Shown: positions 9,100 through 19,390, counted from the first letter of the stretch. The stretch is 64,000 nucleotides of DNA from Calditrichia bacterium (GCA_050633245.1 JBOEGD010000009.1:128001-192000), one strand, 5' to 3'. The notes: generated by a model from the letters alone, not told the origin. Numbers and translations are program-made.

Positions 9100-9528
9100 A
9101 TGTCTGATAATCTTACTGTGATACAAAACTGGTTTCATCGCGTATGGAACAAGCAGGACGTAACTGCAATCGACGAAATGTTTGCGGCCAAAGGAATGGC
9201 TGAAGGACTGGGAGGTCAGATACTTATTGGTCCACAGGATTTTAAGATATTCCACCAGGCTTTGTGCGCCATGGTTACCCGAATTGAGATTAATATTGAC
9301 AAAAGCCTGGAAGACGGCATGTGGATTTCCGCACTCTGCACCATGCGCGCGGTTTCTCGCGCTTCCGGAAAAAAAATACAGATGACCGGTACCGTTTTCT
9401 GCATGATTGATAAGGGAAAACTTGTTCAGGCGTTCAATCATTGGGACTTTATGGGATTCTTCGAACAAATCGGCCTGCTTCCGGCAGATGCACTTGCAAT
9501 GGGGCTAGCGGGCAAGAAGATACGCTAA
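9100..9528 (+). CDS. SnoaL-like/NTF2-fold ester cyclase family protein
   Basis: WFHRVWNKQDVTAIDEMF...GKLVQAFNHWDFMGFFEQIG; GAGG RBS. Confidence 0.85.
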   Translation: MSDNLTVIQNWFHRVWNKQDVTAIDEMFAAKGMAEGLGGQILIGPQDFKIFHQALCAMVTRIEINIDKSLEDGMWISALCTMRAVSRASGKKIQMTGTVFCMIDKGKLVQAFNHWDFMGFFEQIGLLPADALAMGLAGKKIR

Positions 9529-9683
9529 TACTTCATTAAGGCCTCATAGTCCTGCACTCGCTGATCGCCGTTTGGACCCTCGCGAAACAGCTCTTCCCTG
9601 CCATCGCTGTCTGGCTCGCCGGTTTGAAAATAGACGGCGTAGTAATTTGTCCGATTCAGCAGGTTCTCTGGACTTAAGAAGGA
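9525..9683 (-). pseudogene. Possible orphan 3' gene fragment without start codon
   Basis: 52 open codons (SFLSPENLLNRTNYYAVYFQTGEPDSDGREELFREGPNGDQRVQDYEALMKY*); stop overlaps the SnoaL stop; begins right after the stop of the 9685-11961 gene. Confidence 0.35.
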
Positions 9684-9684
9684 A

Positions 9685-11961
9685 TTACTGTAGTAACACC
9701 ATTTTTCGTGTGGAGGAATACTCTTTTCCGGTCAGTCGGTATAGATAAACACCTGAACTCACCGCGACACCCGATTCATTCTTACCTCCCCAAACGTATT
9801 CATAGGTCCCCGCTGTTAACTGATCGGCAGCAAGACGTTTAATCAGACGACCGGCAATGTCAAAAATCTGAAGCTCGATGTATTGCGCAGTGGAGAGACT
9901 AAATTGAATTGTTGTCTCAGGGTTAAAAGGGTTTGGGTAGTTTTGCTGTAGAGAGAATTTCTCCGGTACTCGAATAACATCCTCAATCCCCAGTGGTGAG
10001 CCATTGTTACGAAAAATTTGCAATCCCTGATCGCTATCCACGACCGCAAAATAATCACCGTCAACCGTCATTCTGTATAGGCTCTGTTTTTCAACGCTGG
10101 CGATTTGAAAAGGATTTTGTAAGTCGCTGACGTCAACAACACCGAATCCAGATCCACTCCAGTACAAATAATTCCCCGAGACCTCTCCCCACACATTACT
10201 TGCGCTTGATGCAATTTCGATCTCGCCTAAAAAGGTAGGACTTGCCGGATTCAGCACTCCCAAAATTGAAAGAGAGCTGCTTAATAAATAAGCCGCATTG
10301 TTTTCTACAATCACTCCTGAAGTGTGTTTTTTCACATTCCCGAGGGCTATTGGAGCATGCGGGTTTGAAATATCATATATTTTCATGTCATCAAATGTCG
10401 CGACATAAAGCGTGCTGTCTTCAATGGCAATATCGATGGGCTTTCTAATTCCGCTTAAAATCGCTATTGATTGTGGGTTCTGCACATCTGCCACATCAAT
10501 AAGCTGTAGAGTTGAATCGGTAGATGAAGGTGCTGTACACCCAAGAGCTACAATATCGCCATGCTTTGTCAGCGATGTCACGTAGCGACCGGAATTTCCG
10601 CTTAGAACGCCCGGGAAATGGGCAAGAAACGTGGGCTGCATCGGATTCGAAACATTATAAATATACAGTCCAGCGGGGTTATACTCAGAATCACTTCCTG
10701 CAGCGACGTAGAGTGTATCACCTTCAAACTGCATGTCAATAATTCGCGTATTACCTAGTACATTGCCCAAATGGGTTGGTCGCGCAGGATTGGCAACGTC
10801 AAATTTCCAAAGTCCGCTCATGCTACTGATAAAGAGAAGCTGATCTGCCCAATGCATAACCCCCGCCGAGGCCAATAGCGGAACGGCCTCTTCCTCTTCC
10901 AGAGAGGCAGGATTATCGCTATTTACAATACGCAGGCCGGAATAGTGGCCAGCATAGACACGCCCACCAGAGGCGGCAATCGCATCCTCATACCGCAGCC
11001 AAGCTTTATTACCGGGCAAAATGTCGGCAACTATTGGGCTGGCAGGCTCAGAGATATCGATAGAGAGAATGCCGCTTTGGGAGTTATTCAGGAATAAGAA
11101 ATCTCCGGACTGTGCAATTGATGTAGAACGGTGATATGGAGTTGGTAGCGATAGATAGGTTACGAAAGTTGCATTTAGTGGATCAGAGATATTATACACT
11201 GTGCAGTCGAGCCGACCGTCAAATACATAGAGGAAGGAATCGACGACCTGTGCGCTTCCCTGGACGGAATTAGTGTTAATTGTAGCGACCCAGTTCAGGC
11301 TGTCGAAACTCGTGGCATCGAAGACCTTAATGCCAAACTCAAATTCATTATCGGCAACGAAAACATAGTTGTCCTTTACCGCAATACAGGTTGGGAAATA
11401 ATCCCAAACATCTCCCAAAGCAAGTCTACGAGGATACATCGGATCGGAAATGTCTACCGATACCAACGTCTGCCAATGCACCATGAATAGCCGATTTCCC
11501 TCGCGCACCATTCGTCTTCCAAAAAGATTGCGATTTCGCCCCAGCAGCACCGGATCGGCGGGTTCGGAAATGTCGTAAATACGCAGACCATCAGATGAGA
11601 CAAAGAGCAGGGAATCATCGGCTAATAAACACACGGCCTGATAGGGAATCACGATCTCACCAATTACCGAGTATGGATTAGCAGCCTTTGCATCGATAAT
11701 TTGAATCCTCGATCCATTGGCGATAAAAACCGCATTTTCTGTTGCCGAGACCGCACCACCAGCTCCATACTTCCATTGTGAGAGCAGGCTGATAGTGGAA
11801 TCCTGCTGCACAGACTGCTGCTTTTGCGAAGAAAGCGAGCGTTCCACAATTCCATTATAATACTCTGCGAGAAACGAATCCTGTGCGGCAACTGAGGTCG
11901 ATCCGGCAATCAGCATGCAAAACGACATACATGAATAAATGATCTTCGCGAATGCGTTCAT
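9685..11961 (-). CDS. LVIVD-repeat beta-propeller protein with FlgD-Ig/T9SS-type C-terminal domain
   Basis: Signal peptide; many LRIYDISEPADP/IDISEPASP-type repeats; QNYPNPFNP...SSGVYLYRL...RKMVLLQ. Confidence 0.9.
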   Translation of the reverse strand: MNAFAKIIYSCMSFCMLIAGSTSVAAQDSFLAEYYNGIVERSLSSQKQQSVQQDSTISLLSQWKYGAGGAVSATENAVFIANGSRIQIIDAKAANPYSVIGEIVIPYQAVCLLADDSLLFVSSDGLRIYDISEPADPVLLGRNRNLFGRRMVREGNRLFMVHWQTLVSVDISDPMYPRRLALGDVWDYFPTCIAVKDNYVFVADNEFEFGIKVFDATSFDSLNWVATINTNSVQGSAQVVDSFLYVFDGRLDCTVYNISDPLNATFVTYLSLPTPYHRSTSIAQSGDFLFLNNSQSGILSIDISEPASPIVADILPGNKAWLRYEDAIAASGGRVYAGHYSGLRIVNSDNPASLEEEEAVPLLASAGVMHWADQLLFISSMSGLWKFDVANPARPTHLGNVLGNTRIIDMQFEGDTLYVAAGSDSEYNPAGLYIYNVSNPMQPTFLAHFPGVLSGNSGRYVTSLTKHGDIVALGCTAPSSTDSTLQLIDVADVQNPQSIAILSGIRKPIDIAIEDSTLYVATFDDMKIYDISNPHAPIALGNVKKHTSGVIVENNAAYLLSSSLSILGVLNPASPTFLGEIEIASSASNVWGEVSGNYLYWSGSGFGVVDVSDLQNPFQIASVEKQSLYRMTVDGDYFAVVDSDQGLQIFRNNGSPLGIEDVIRVPEKFSLQQNYPNPFNPETTIQFSLSTAQYIELQIFDIAGRLIKRLAADQLTAGTYEYVWGGKNESGVAVSSGVYLYRLTGKEYSSTRKMVLLQ

Positions 11962-12146
11962 ATTAGCTTTCCAAAAAAATAATCGAGGGCTTTAAGATTA
12001 TATTCGCATGAAAGAAAAAGGTTCTGATATTTTATCGACATAAAGTGCGCACAGGTCAACTGCTGCCCGATGCTCATTTTTCAGCAAACTCTCCAAAACC
12101 GTAAATAACGATTAATCGAGTCCCGAGATCTAACCACGGAGGGCAA

Positions 12147-12896
12147 ATGTTGATCGTCGAGCGAATAGTGTTTGCGACAATAGTAATACTGCTGTTATCC
12201 GCCTGCTCGCAGCGCACCATGGTAAACTGGCTGGAACAGCGCAATCCGGACGTATTGTTTTCGGTGGAAACCGAAGAACGTGTCGTCGCGCTAACCATTG
12301 ACGATGGCCCACACGCTGTGGTAACCCCGCTTATTTTGGACGTATTGAAAAAATACGATGCGCACGCGACGTTTTTTGTGATGGGAAAACGCGTGCCCGG
12401 TAATGAACACCTGCTGCAGCGCATGGTTGATGAAGATCATGAAATCGGCAATCACATGATGACCGGCACGCCGAGCATCTGGTTGTCGGAAGAAGATTTT
12501 GAGCAGCAGCTTCTGCAAACGCATCAGCTGGTGAGTGATTTTGCCGATCCGGTTTGGATGCGCCCGGCCTTTGGATTTTTCAATGACCGCATGTTGAAGC
12601 AGCTGGAAGAGGCGGGCTATCGCTGCGCTCTGGGCTCGGTCTACCCTTTCGATCCGCAAATGCCTTTTGTCGGCTATCTGAGTAATTATGTGTTAAGACA
12701 CAGCTATCCGGGTGACGTGATTATCCTGCATGATGGCAAGCCGGGGCGTGCCCGCACGGCAAAAGTGCTGGAGCGCGTGCTGTCAGTATTTGCGGAGTGG
12801 GGCTATCGCGTGGTTACGCTAAGTGAGCTGATGGAGATACAAGGAGCGGAGCTAAGGAGGCAGGGAGAAGGGCTACACATTCCGATCACACCCTGA
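12147..12896 (+). CDS. Polysaccharide deacetylase (CE4/NodB), probable lipoprotein
   Basis: LLLSAC lipobox; ALTIDDGP, ATFFVMG, HEIGNH, RP and IILHDG motifs; GGAGG RBS. Confidence 0.92.
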   Translation: MLIVERIVFATIVILLLSACSQRTMVNWLEQRNPDVLFSVETEERVVALTIDDGPHAVVTPLILDVLKKYDAHATFFVMGKRVPGNEHLLQRMVDEDHEIGNHMMTGTPSIWLSEEDFEQQLLQTHQLVSDFADPVWMRPAFGFFNDRMLKQLEEAGYRCALGSVYPFDPQMPFVGYLSNYVLRHSYPGDVIILHDGKPGRARTAKVLERVLSVFAEWGYRVVTLSELMEIQGAELRRQGEGLHIPITP

Positions 12897-12977
12897 GTCA
12901 CCAAGCATCGCATCGTTACGGACGAAGAGCTGCCTTTTTCCCGCGGTCTGTTTTCCGTTCACCGAGACCCGGCTTGA

Positions 12978-13001
12978 AGACGCGAAGTACCGCACCTTTA
13001 C
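12978..13001 (-). repeat. REP-like 24-mer, degenerate copy
   Basis: Reverse complement GTAAAGGTGCGGTACTTCGCGTCT, 4 mismatches to copy 1. Confidence 0.55.
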
Positions 13002-13060
13002 TGAGCAAGTTGATAAATATGCGACAATTGAGAATAACTTTTCAGAATTATCGAAAGTTC

Positions 13061-13079
13061 TACTAATAGTGTATTAGTA
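13061..13079. promoter_or_regulatory. Palindrome, candidate operator
   Basis: TACTAATA-GTG-TATTAGTA in AT-rich region upstream of 13291. Confidence 0.3.
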
Positions 13080-13290
13080 TCCTCATACCTTACCTGCGCC
13101 AAACATTAGTCCTCCCACCAATTTTACCTATACATGGAGATTAACCCATACCTATCGAGCATTCTTCATTTTATGTTGACTTTTCTGCTAATACCGTTAC
13201 CCCTGAGGCTGCTTCTAATGCCAGAACAAAGGGCTAAGATGTCTAGAGAGCAATTTATCAAAACACTTTCAAAACAATTAGGAGATAGCA

Positions 13291-16200
13291 ATGAAATGTA
13301 AATTGAGACTAGTTCCGGGTCTGATTCTTTTATTTGGCCTGACCCTATTTGGCAATGCCCAAACGCTTTGGAATGGTGGACATATTCCTACAACTTATCA
13401 AACCAACTGGACACGCGCAGGACTGTTGCCGAGTACACCAACCATTTCGACGCAGGTAATTGATGTAAATACTGCCAGAACCGGGTCGGAACCATGGGAA
13501 GCGGTTGTACAGACGTTGGTAAATAATGCCAGTGCGGCTCCTGCCGGCACGGTTACAATGCTATATTTCCCTCAAACTGGTGGAGATTCGAATAACGGTA
13601 TCTATACCTTTACCGGTAGCATAACCGTTAGCCCCGGAATTGAGACGAGCATTATTTTCCAGGGGGACGGAGCGGAAAGAACCTATTTGTATTTTGATAA
13701 CGGCAACAAAGTGGCCTTTCATGTGAAGGGTAATCCGACTCATTCAACACTGCCAGCCGATGCTGATCTGGATATCATACTTTCTAAGCGCAGTAATGGC
13801 TTTTTTGTAGATGATGCTACCGATTTCGAGGCATTGGACTGGATCATTCTTGAACAAGAGGGATTCTACAATCACTGGGATTGCGAGGGCTGTGGCAGCT
13901 GGATTCACGTGGGACAGATCGACCAAATTACGGGTATCAATCAAGCTACGAACAACATGACGATTTGGACTCTTGCAGCAAAGACATATACTCCGAACGA
14001 GACCACATCTTCCGGGGATGTTAAGACCACAATAACGAAGTTTGAACCGGTGCAGAATATTGGGTTTGAGAATTTCACTCTCCATCGGGTCGATGAGGGA
14101 CAGGCACCTGAATCAAAAGACAATAATATCACCTTTGAATATGCCGTTAACTGCTGGGTGAAGGGTGTGCATATGCGTCGTACGCCCAGGCATCATATAA
14201 AAATTGACTGGGGTGCACATATCGAGGTCAGTGGTTGTTATTTTGTTAATGCCAACTCCAAAAAAAATTGGGGTGGTGGCTTTGGATACGGCGTTATTAT
14301 TCAAAATGCCAGCACCAATAATCTCATCCAAAATAATATCTTCAGAAAACTGCGACACTCCATTCTTTTACAGGCCGGAGCCAATACCAACGTGATCACC
14401 TATAATTTTTCGCGCCAGCCGGAGAAGTGCGAAAACCACGACAACCGAACCTTTAATCAGTGTATCCCGATTCCGGGGGGCGGAGGTGAAATCGTCCTCC
14501 ACAGCAACTATTCTTATTCGAACCTTTTTGAACACAATGTTGCCAATAAAATTGAGGCAGACAATGCAAACAGCAAAGAGGATGGACCTTACAATGCATT
14601 CGTACGCAATATTGTGAGAGATGGTGATGATGTGGTGCCGCCTTATACAGACTTTTTCGACCTCGGAACACATTTAAAATTTCGTGAAATTCCTCTTGTT
14701 AGCAATCTGGGAAACTGGTTGAGGGGAGGAATTCACTATATTGGCGATAAAACAACTATCGGCATCGATTTATATGGTTACGAAACGAATTCCGGCGCAT
14801 ATCCCACCGGCGATGCCATTCCCCACCTGACCGGAATAGTCCTGGATCAGAGTTTACAATTGCAGGATGTATCGTATTATTACGACTCAGCACCGGACTT
14901 TCTCGAAGGAATGTCCTGGCCAAGTGCAGGTCCGCGGCTATCGTTGGCAGATCCGATGCCGGATCAGAATATTCCTGCAGCAAACCGGTATCACCACCAT
15001 ACAGAGAAAACCTACAACAATAGTTCTACCGAGCATAATGCAATAGTAAAAACATCGGTGGTAAATAGTTTTCCCGGCGGCGTGGTTGAAGTTGATGAGC
15101 AAGTGGTTGCAACTGGCATCCCCTATACCTGGAATATCGGGGAGACCCATGTCCTTGAAGCGATCGATCAGGTTTGGCCACAAACTGGAGGTTTTAACCA
15201 AAAGTTTGAAGGGTGGCTGGATACGGGAAATAACCTTGTCTCAACCAATAAAGAGTATACCTTCCAGGTTAAGGCTGTCCCGGGCTCCTACACCGCAATG
15301 TTTAGCACTCTTTATGATATTGATGTGTCAATGGATTTCCTGAACGGCGGTTCCGGCGGGGTTTTAACCATCGATGGGCTACCCCAGGCAACCCCTTATT
15401 CCGCCCAGACGTATATTAAAGACGTATTAGTGGTTGGAGCCGCACCGGTTACAAAAACAATAAATGGTATTCCCGTTGAATACAAACTACGCAGCTGGAC
15501 CAATGATTCTTTCGAAGAAGTGCAAACCCTGACTCCCGACGACCATGTAAACCTGACTGCATATATGAAGGGACAGCGGATGGCCAACAGTGCTGAGGCA
15601 ACGCACGGCAGTCAACAATCGAAGTTAATCAGCAATCCGATTACCGATGAACTGCATATGGTATATGAAGATGATGGAGCTATCTATTATACCTTCTCTA
15701 GTGATTATGGCATAACCTGGAGTCGCGACATGATGATCGATGGGTCCGATGACTACGGTTGCCTGAACCCGAGTATCAGTATCGACAAATACGAAACCAT
15801 TCACATCTTTTACGAACGAAAAGATGCGAGCGAATATGACGTTTGCTATATGAGCTATGATTTTGATGGCAACGCTTCAGCAATTGAAATTTTGGGATCA
15901 TCTGCTACAACCTATGGTGGCAATGGCAGGGAAACCACGCCTGCCGGTGTGGCTGAGTATAATGGTAAAGTTTTTGTTGTCTGGCGTTTTTCCGGTCCGC
16001 TTGGGCTCAAGGGTCTTGTTTTGCGGGAAAAAGATGTTCTCTCAGGGTGGGGCCCGCATCGCGTTGTTCCTGGTACTGGTGCACATTCATATCAGCCGAC
16101 TGTTAGTTATGGCCTGGTTGCAGGCAATGACTATCCGACCCATGTGTTTTGGTGTGAGGGTGCAACATCAACTCAGATTAATCAATTAAGCGGCGGCTAC

Positions 16201-17700
16201 TCCAATAGCCAATGGGAATGGAATCTTCCAACAACCGACCTAACCCCTGGGAACACATTTGGCTACAGTGGCTTTCCGTCTGTTCATCAGATATATGAAA
16301 GTAATCCTAAAGATATTTTTCTGACGTGGCAAGCTCTACAGCCCACTCCTCCAAACAGCTCAAAAACGGCAAATATCAGGCAAGCATCCAATAAAAGGAT
16401 CGTGAACGAAGGCGAGATCGTAATAGAGGATAAAAAGTCGGTCGGTCGCAAAGGCTCTTCTACAAATTGTCCGGTGCCGGTACCGGCAGATCCGATTGTT
16501 TGTTTCCGGGAACACAAAGGATCCTGGCTACCGACCATTGTGTTTGAAACCAACAATTGGTGTGACAGAAAGCCAGTGGTAACAAGCTGGCAGTATGCTA
16601 CCGATCAAAACGTAATGATTGCCTTTGAAAGTGACGAGGGCGAAATCTCGACTGTCGAACGTGATCATGTCGGCGTCTGGCATACCGTAACTGTATTAAC
16701 AACAAATGGATCCAATCCTTCCATAACTGCTCTGGATGAGGTCGAACCGAATCTTATCTATACCAAGCACAGCAGCAATCCTCATGAGATTGTATTTGAA
16801 GGTGATATTACCCAGTACCAGGGGAAGACAGCCACGGTGATACCGCATCGTCGTCGTGTTTCACTTAATATGGAGCAGGCAATACATAATGCCAGCCTTA
16901 GCAGTTTTGATGGCGATGTAATCATCGAGATCGGAGATCTGGAGATTCAAACGGCGGACGGCATCAAGTTTATAAAACCGCAACACAGCGATTCAGCATT
17001 AACGGCGGAAAATGCCTTCATTTTTAACAAAATCGAGCTGGATGAAAGTATGCGGATAATCCGGGTTCCCGTGCGGATCTCGGCACGTAATGTCGTCGCA
17101 AAATCCGGCATCAAACAAAAAGGAGTTTCGATACCGCTACTCAGCCTGGGCGCACTCGATGCGGTCAGCAACAAAACTATTGGCTCGATGAAGGAATATG
17201 ATTCAGCATTCATCAGCATCGGTGATACCGCTCAGGTAATCGATACGCTGGAGTTCGATCTGAAGGCGATCAAATCTTCCGCCATCGTTATTCAGGGAAC
17301 GATGCATTTGCGTGACAAACCCTCCGGAATAAACTTTTATGAGGTTTATAACCTCAGAAACCTCAAGTACGATTCAGCCGGCAATGAGAACGCGGCTGAG
17401 ATCATTTCCAATCAGCTACCCAAGACGTTTGCACTGCGCCAGAACTTTCCAAATCCGTTTAATCCGACAACGACAATCCGTTTTGATTTGCCAAAAAATA
17501 GTACCGTATCGCTTAAGATTTATGATGTCCAGGGACGGCTGGTTCGTAAACTGGTTAATCAAAAGATGAAAGCCGGCTTTCACGAAACCCAATGGGATGG
17601 CTTAAACAGTCATGGTAATCGGGTTGCGACAGGCGTCTACTTTTATCGGATTCGAGCGGATAAATTCATTCGAACCAAAAAAATGGTACTCGTGCGTTAA
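13291..17700 (+). CDS. Large secreted protein: pectin-lyase-like right-handed beta-helix, Ig-like repeats, BNR/propeller region, FlgD-Ig/T9SS-type CTD
   Basis: Signal peptide; NWTRAG; IIFQGDG; NNLIQNNIFRKLRHS/NVITYN/NLFEHN helix stacks; FSSDYGITW Asp-box; QNFPNPFNP CTD; AGGAG RBS. Confidence 0.88.
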   Translation: MKCKLRLVPGLILLFGLTLFGNAQTLWNGGHIPTTYQTNWTRAGLLPSTPTISTQVIDVNTARTGSEPWEAVVQTLVNNASAAPAGTVTMLYFPQTGGDSNNGIYTFTGSITVSPGIETSIIFQGDGAERTYLYFDNGNKVAFHVKGNPTHSTLPADADLDIILSKRSNGFFVDDATDFEALDWIILEQEGFYNHWDCEGCGSWIHVGQIDQITGINQATNNMTIWTLAAKTYTPNETTSSGDVKTTITKFEPVQNIGFENFTLHRVDEGQAPESKDNNITFEYAVNCWVKGVHMRRTPRHHIKIDWGAHIEVSGCYFVNANSKKNWGGGFGYGVIIQNASTNNLIQNNIFRKLRHSILLQAGANTNVITYNFSRQPEKCENHDNRTFNQCIPIPGGGGEIVLHSNYSYSNLFEHNVANKIEADNANSKEDGPYNAFVRNIVRDGDDVVPPYTDFFDLGTHLKFREIPLVSNLGNWLRGGIHYIGDKTTIGIDLYGYETNSGAYPTGDAIPHLTGIVLDQSLQLQDVSYYYDSAPDFLEGMSWPSAGPRLSLADPMPDQNIPAANRYHHHTEKTYNNSSTEHNAIVKTSVVNSFPGGVVEVDEQVVATGIPYTWNIGETHVLEAIDQVWPQTGGFNQKFEGWLDTGNNLVSTNKEYTFQVKAVPGSYTAMFSTLYDIDVSMDFLNGGSGGVLTIDGLPQATPYSAQTYIKDVLVVGAAPVTKTINGIPVEYKLRSWTNDSFEEVQTLTPDDHVNLTAYMKGQRMANSAEATHGSQQSKLISNPITDELHMVYEDDGAIYYTFSSDYGITWSRDMMIDGSDDYGCLNPSISIDKYETIHIFYERKDASEYDVCYMSYDFDGNASAIEILGSSATTYGGNGRETTPAGVAEYNGKVFVVWRFSGPLGLKGLVLREKDVLSGWGPHRVVPGTGAHSYQPTVSYGLVAGNDYPTHVFWCEGATSTQINQLSGGYSNSQWEWNLPTTDLTPGNTFGYSGFPSVHQIYESNPKDIFLTWQALQPTPPNSSKTANIRQASNKRIVNEGEIVIEDKKSVGRKGSSTNCPVPVPADPIVCFREHKGSWLPTIVFETNNWCDRKPVVTSWQYATDQNVMIAFESDEGEISTVERDHVGVWHTVTVLTTNGSNPSITALDEVEPNLIYTKHSSNPHEIVFEGDITQYQGKTATVIPHRRRVSLNMEQAIHNASLSSFDGDVIIEIGDLEIQTADGIKFIKPQHSDSALTAENAFIFNKIELDESMRIIRVPVRISARNVVAKSGIKQKGVSIPLLSLGALDAVSNKTIGSMKEYDSAFISIGDTAQVIDTLEFDLKAIKSSAIVIQGTMHLRDKPSGINFYEVYNLRNLKYDSAGNENAAEIISNQLPKTFALRQNFPNPFNPTTTIRFDLPKNSTVSLKIYDVQGRLVRKLVNQKMKAGFHETQWDGLNSHGNRVATGVYFYRIRADKFIRTKKMVLVR

Positions 17701-17734
17701 TTCGCTTCTTTAGTAAAAGTTTCCTGTTTCAGAT

Positions 17735-17770
17735 TGCGGTTGTGGGTTTTAAACTTAATCCACAGCCGCA
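17735..17770 (+). terminator. Stem-loop after the 13291-17700 gene
   Basis: TGCGGTTGTGGGTT...AATCCACAGCCGCA with G-U pairs. Confidence 0.6.
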
Positions 17771-17822
17771 GGTCTTTCCATTAGAGATGCCACCGACACA
17801 CAGGTCGACGCACATTGGTATC

Positions 17823-17846
17823 AGACGCGAAGCATAGCGTCTTTAC
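17823..17846 (-). repeat. REP-like 24-mer, copy 3
   Basis: Reverse complement GTAAAGACGCTATGCTTCGCGTCT, 1 mismatch to copy 1. Confidence 0.75.
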
Positions 17847-17856
17847 TTAGTAAGGT

Positions 17857-17965
17857 GCCGTCTCTTTCCTGCCGTTTCTTATCTCTCGTCCGTTATCTGC
17901 CGTCTGTTTTCTGACGTCCCTTATCTGCCGTCTGCTATCTTGCGATACCCGACACCCGATACCCG
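17857..17965. repeat. Degenerate heptamer/14-mer tandem array
   Basis: (GCCGTCT GTTATCT)-like units followed by CCGAYAC units; same family as 49590-49659. Confidence 0.75.
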
Positions 17966-18075
17966 TTCACCGTTTTTTAATAATCTCTTGGATACATTTT
18001 GCCGATTCTGTATTCTGATGAATGATTGTTTAACAACTGTTAGTACCCCCGCTAAATACGCAAGGATATCGCTCC

Positions 18076-19017
18076 ATGAAAAACGTTCTGATCACCGGGG
18101 CCTGTGGACAAATCGGCTCTGAACTGGTAGTGGAAATCGGAAAAAACATCCCCGCCAAACACCTCATCGCAACTGATGTCAGTAAAGCCCTTCCGCTGTT
18201 TAAAGACCACGCGACATTCGCCTATCTCGACGTGCTCGATCGCGATCGCCTGCTGGCCGTGGTGACTGAAAACGAAATCGATACCATTTTTCACATGGCG
18301 GCAATTTTGTCCGCTCGCGGAGAGCAAAATCCACAGCTGGCCTATAACATCAATCTTGGTGGACTGTTTAACGTGCTGGAAGTAGCGCGTAAGCGCGGGG
18401 TAAATCGCGTGATATCGCCATCGACGATTGCCGTATTCGGACCCGATGCGCCAAAGGAGAATACGCCCAACGAAACGCCGCTGAATCCCACCACCATGTA
18501 TGGCGTTACCAAAGTCGCCGGTGAGAAGCTGATGCAGTATTATCACGGCAAGTTCGGCGTCGATACCCGCGGCCTGCGCTATCCCGGGATTATCAGCAGC
18601 GCAACCGCCCCCGGTGGCGGCACCACAGACTACGCGGTCGACATGTATATCCACGCGGTGAAACAGCTTCCCTACGACTGCTTCGTAAAAGACGACACTC
18701 CCCTGCCCTTCATGTATATGCCCGACGCCATCAAGGCTATTGTCGATCTCGCCAATGCCGACGGCAGTAAGCTGAAGCGACGCAACTACAACGTCAATGC
18801 CATGAGCCTGACGCCCAGACAAATTGAAGACTCGATTAAAGCACGCATTCCGGAGTTCTCCTGCGGCTATAAGCCGGATTACCGCCAGGCTATTGCCGAA
18901 AGCTGGCCCTGGAGCATCGATGACAGCACTGCACGTGCCGAGTGGGACTGGCAGCCGGACTATGATCTGGATGCGATGAGTGATGATATGATTGCTAACT
19001 TACGGTCGCTTCGCTAA
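18076..19017 (+). CDS. L-threonine 3-dehydrogenase, NAD-dependent epimerase/SDR type
   Basis: GACGQIG, HMAAILSARGE, YGVTK, LRYPGIIS, PGGGTTDYAV, LPFMYMPD motifs. Confidence 0.9.
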   Translation: MKNVLITGACGQIGSELVVEIGKNIPAKHLIATDVSKALPLFKDHATFAYLDVLDRDRLLAVVTENEIDTIFHMAAILSARGEQNPQLAYNINLGGLFNVLEVARKRGVNRVISPSTIAVFGPDAPKENTPNETPLNPTTMYGVTKVAGEKLMQYYHGKFGVDTRGLRYPGIISSATAPGGGTTDYAVDMYIHAVKQLPYDCFVKDDTPLPFMYMPDAIKAIVDLANADGSKLKRRNYNVNAMSLTPRQIEDSIKARIPEFSCGYKPDYRQAIAESWPWSIDDSTARAEWDWQPDYDLDAMSDDMIANLRSLR

Positions 19018-19160
19018 TGGGGCGTTTCACTGATGGGGCGCTCTCCCGACATGTCGGGGTCGCTAATTGGACGACCCTACAGTGAGTGAAACGAGCGTCC
19101 TACCAGTCCCGACTTGTCGGGGCGTCCTACCCCCTACCAGCCCGCGCAGTGGGCGACCTA
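19011..19160. repeat. Modular palindromic repeat cluster A (REP/BIME-like)
   Basis: CTAC anchors with short hairpins CCCGACATGTCGGG, CCCGACTTGTCGGG, GCCCGCGCAGTGGGC. Confidence 0.7.
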
Positions 19161-19251
19161 TTTTATTTTTTTTTCAAAAAACCAGACGTTTTTTATAAGA
19201 TAAAGAAAGGCCGCTTCTACATGGGGGTGACCAGACCATAGAAATCAAGGC

Positions 19252-19299
19252 AAATTTAGTGAAACTAAATTTTGTTAAAGCTGCACAATTCACTATAAT
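19252..19299 (+). promoter_or_regulatory. Candidate sigma70 promoter for fabH with adjacent palindrome
   Basis: AAATTTAGT-GAA-ACTAAATTT (19252-19272) abutting TTGTTA-N16-TATAAT (19272-19299). Confidence 0.45.
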
Positions 19300-19390
19300 T
19301 TATCAGCGTGGTTTACAAGGCGCTCATCCCGCACGCCGGAATCAATAGTCGGGCGCTTTGCTTATAGACGATTAAGTGACAAGGTGAGGA

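Noticed and set aside
12894-12977. TGA read-through or selenocysteine extension of the deacetylase (26 further open codons)
   Set aside because: The catalytic domain is already complete, no SECIS-like hairpin is evident, and the length is compatible with chance
18052-18822. 256-aa antisense ORF (also 4892-5584, 38302-38907, 55311-56012 and similar)
   Set aside because: Shadow frames overlapping confidently assigned genes, with no motifs of their own
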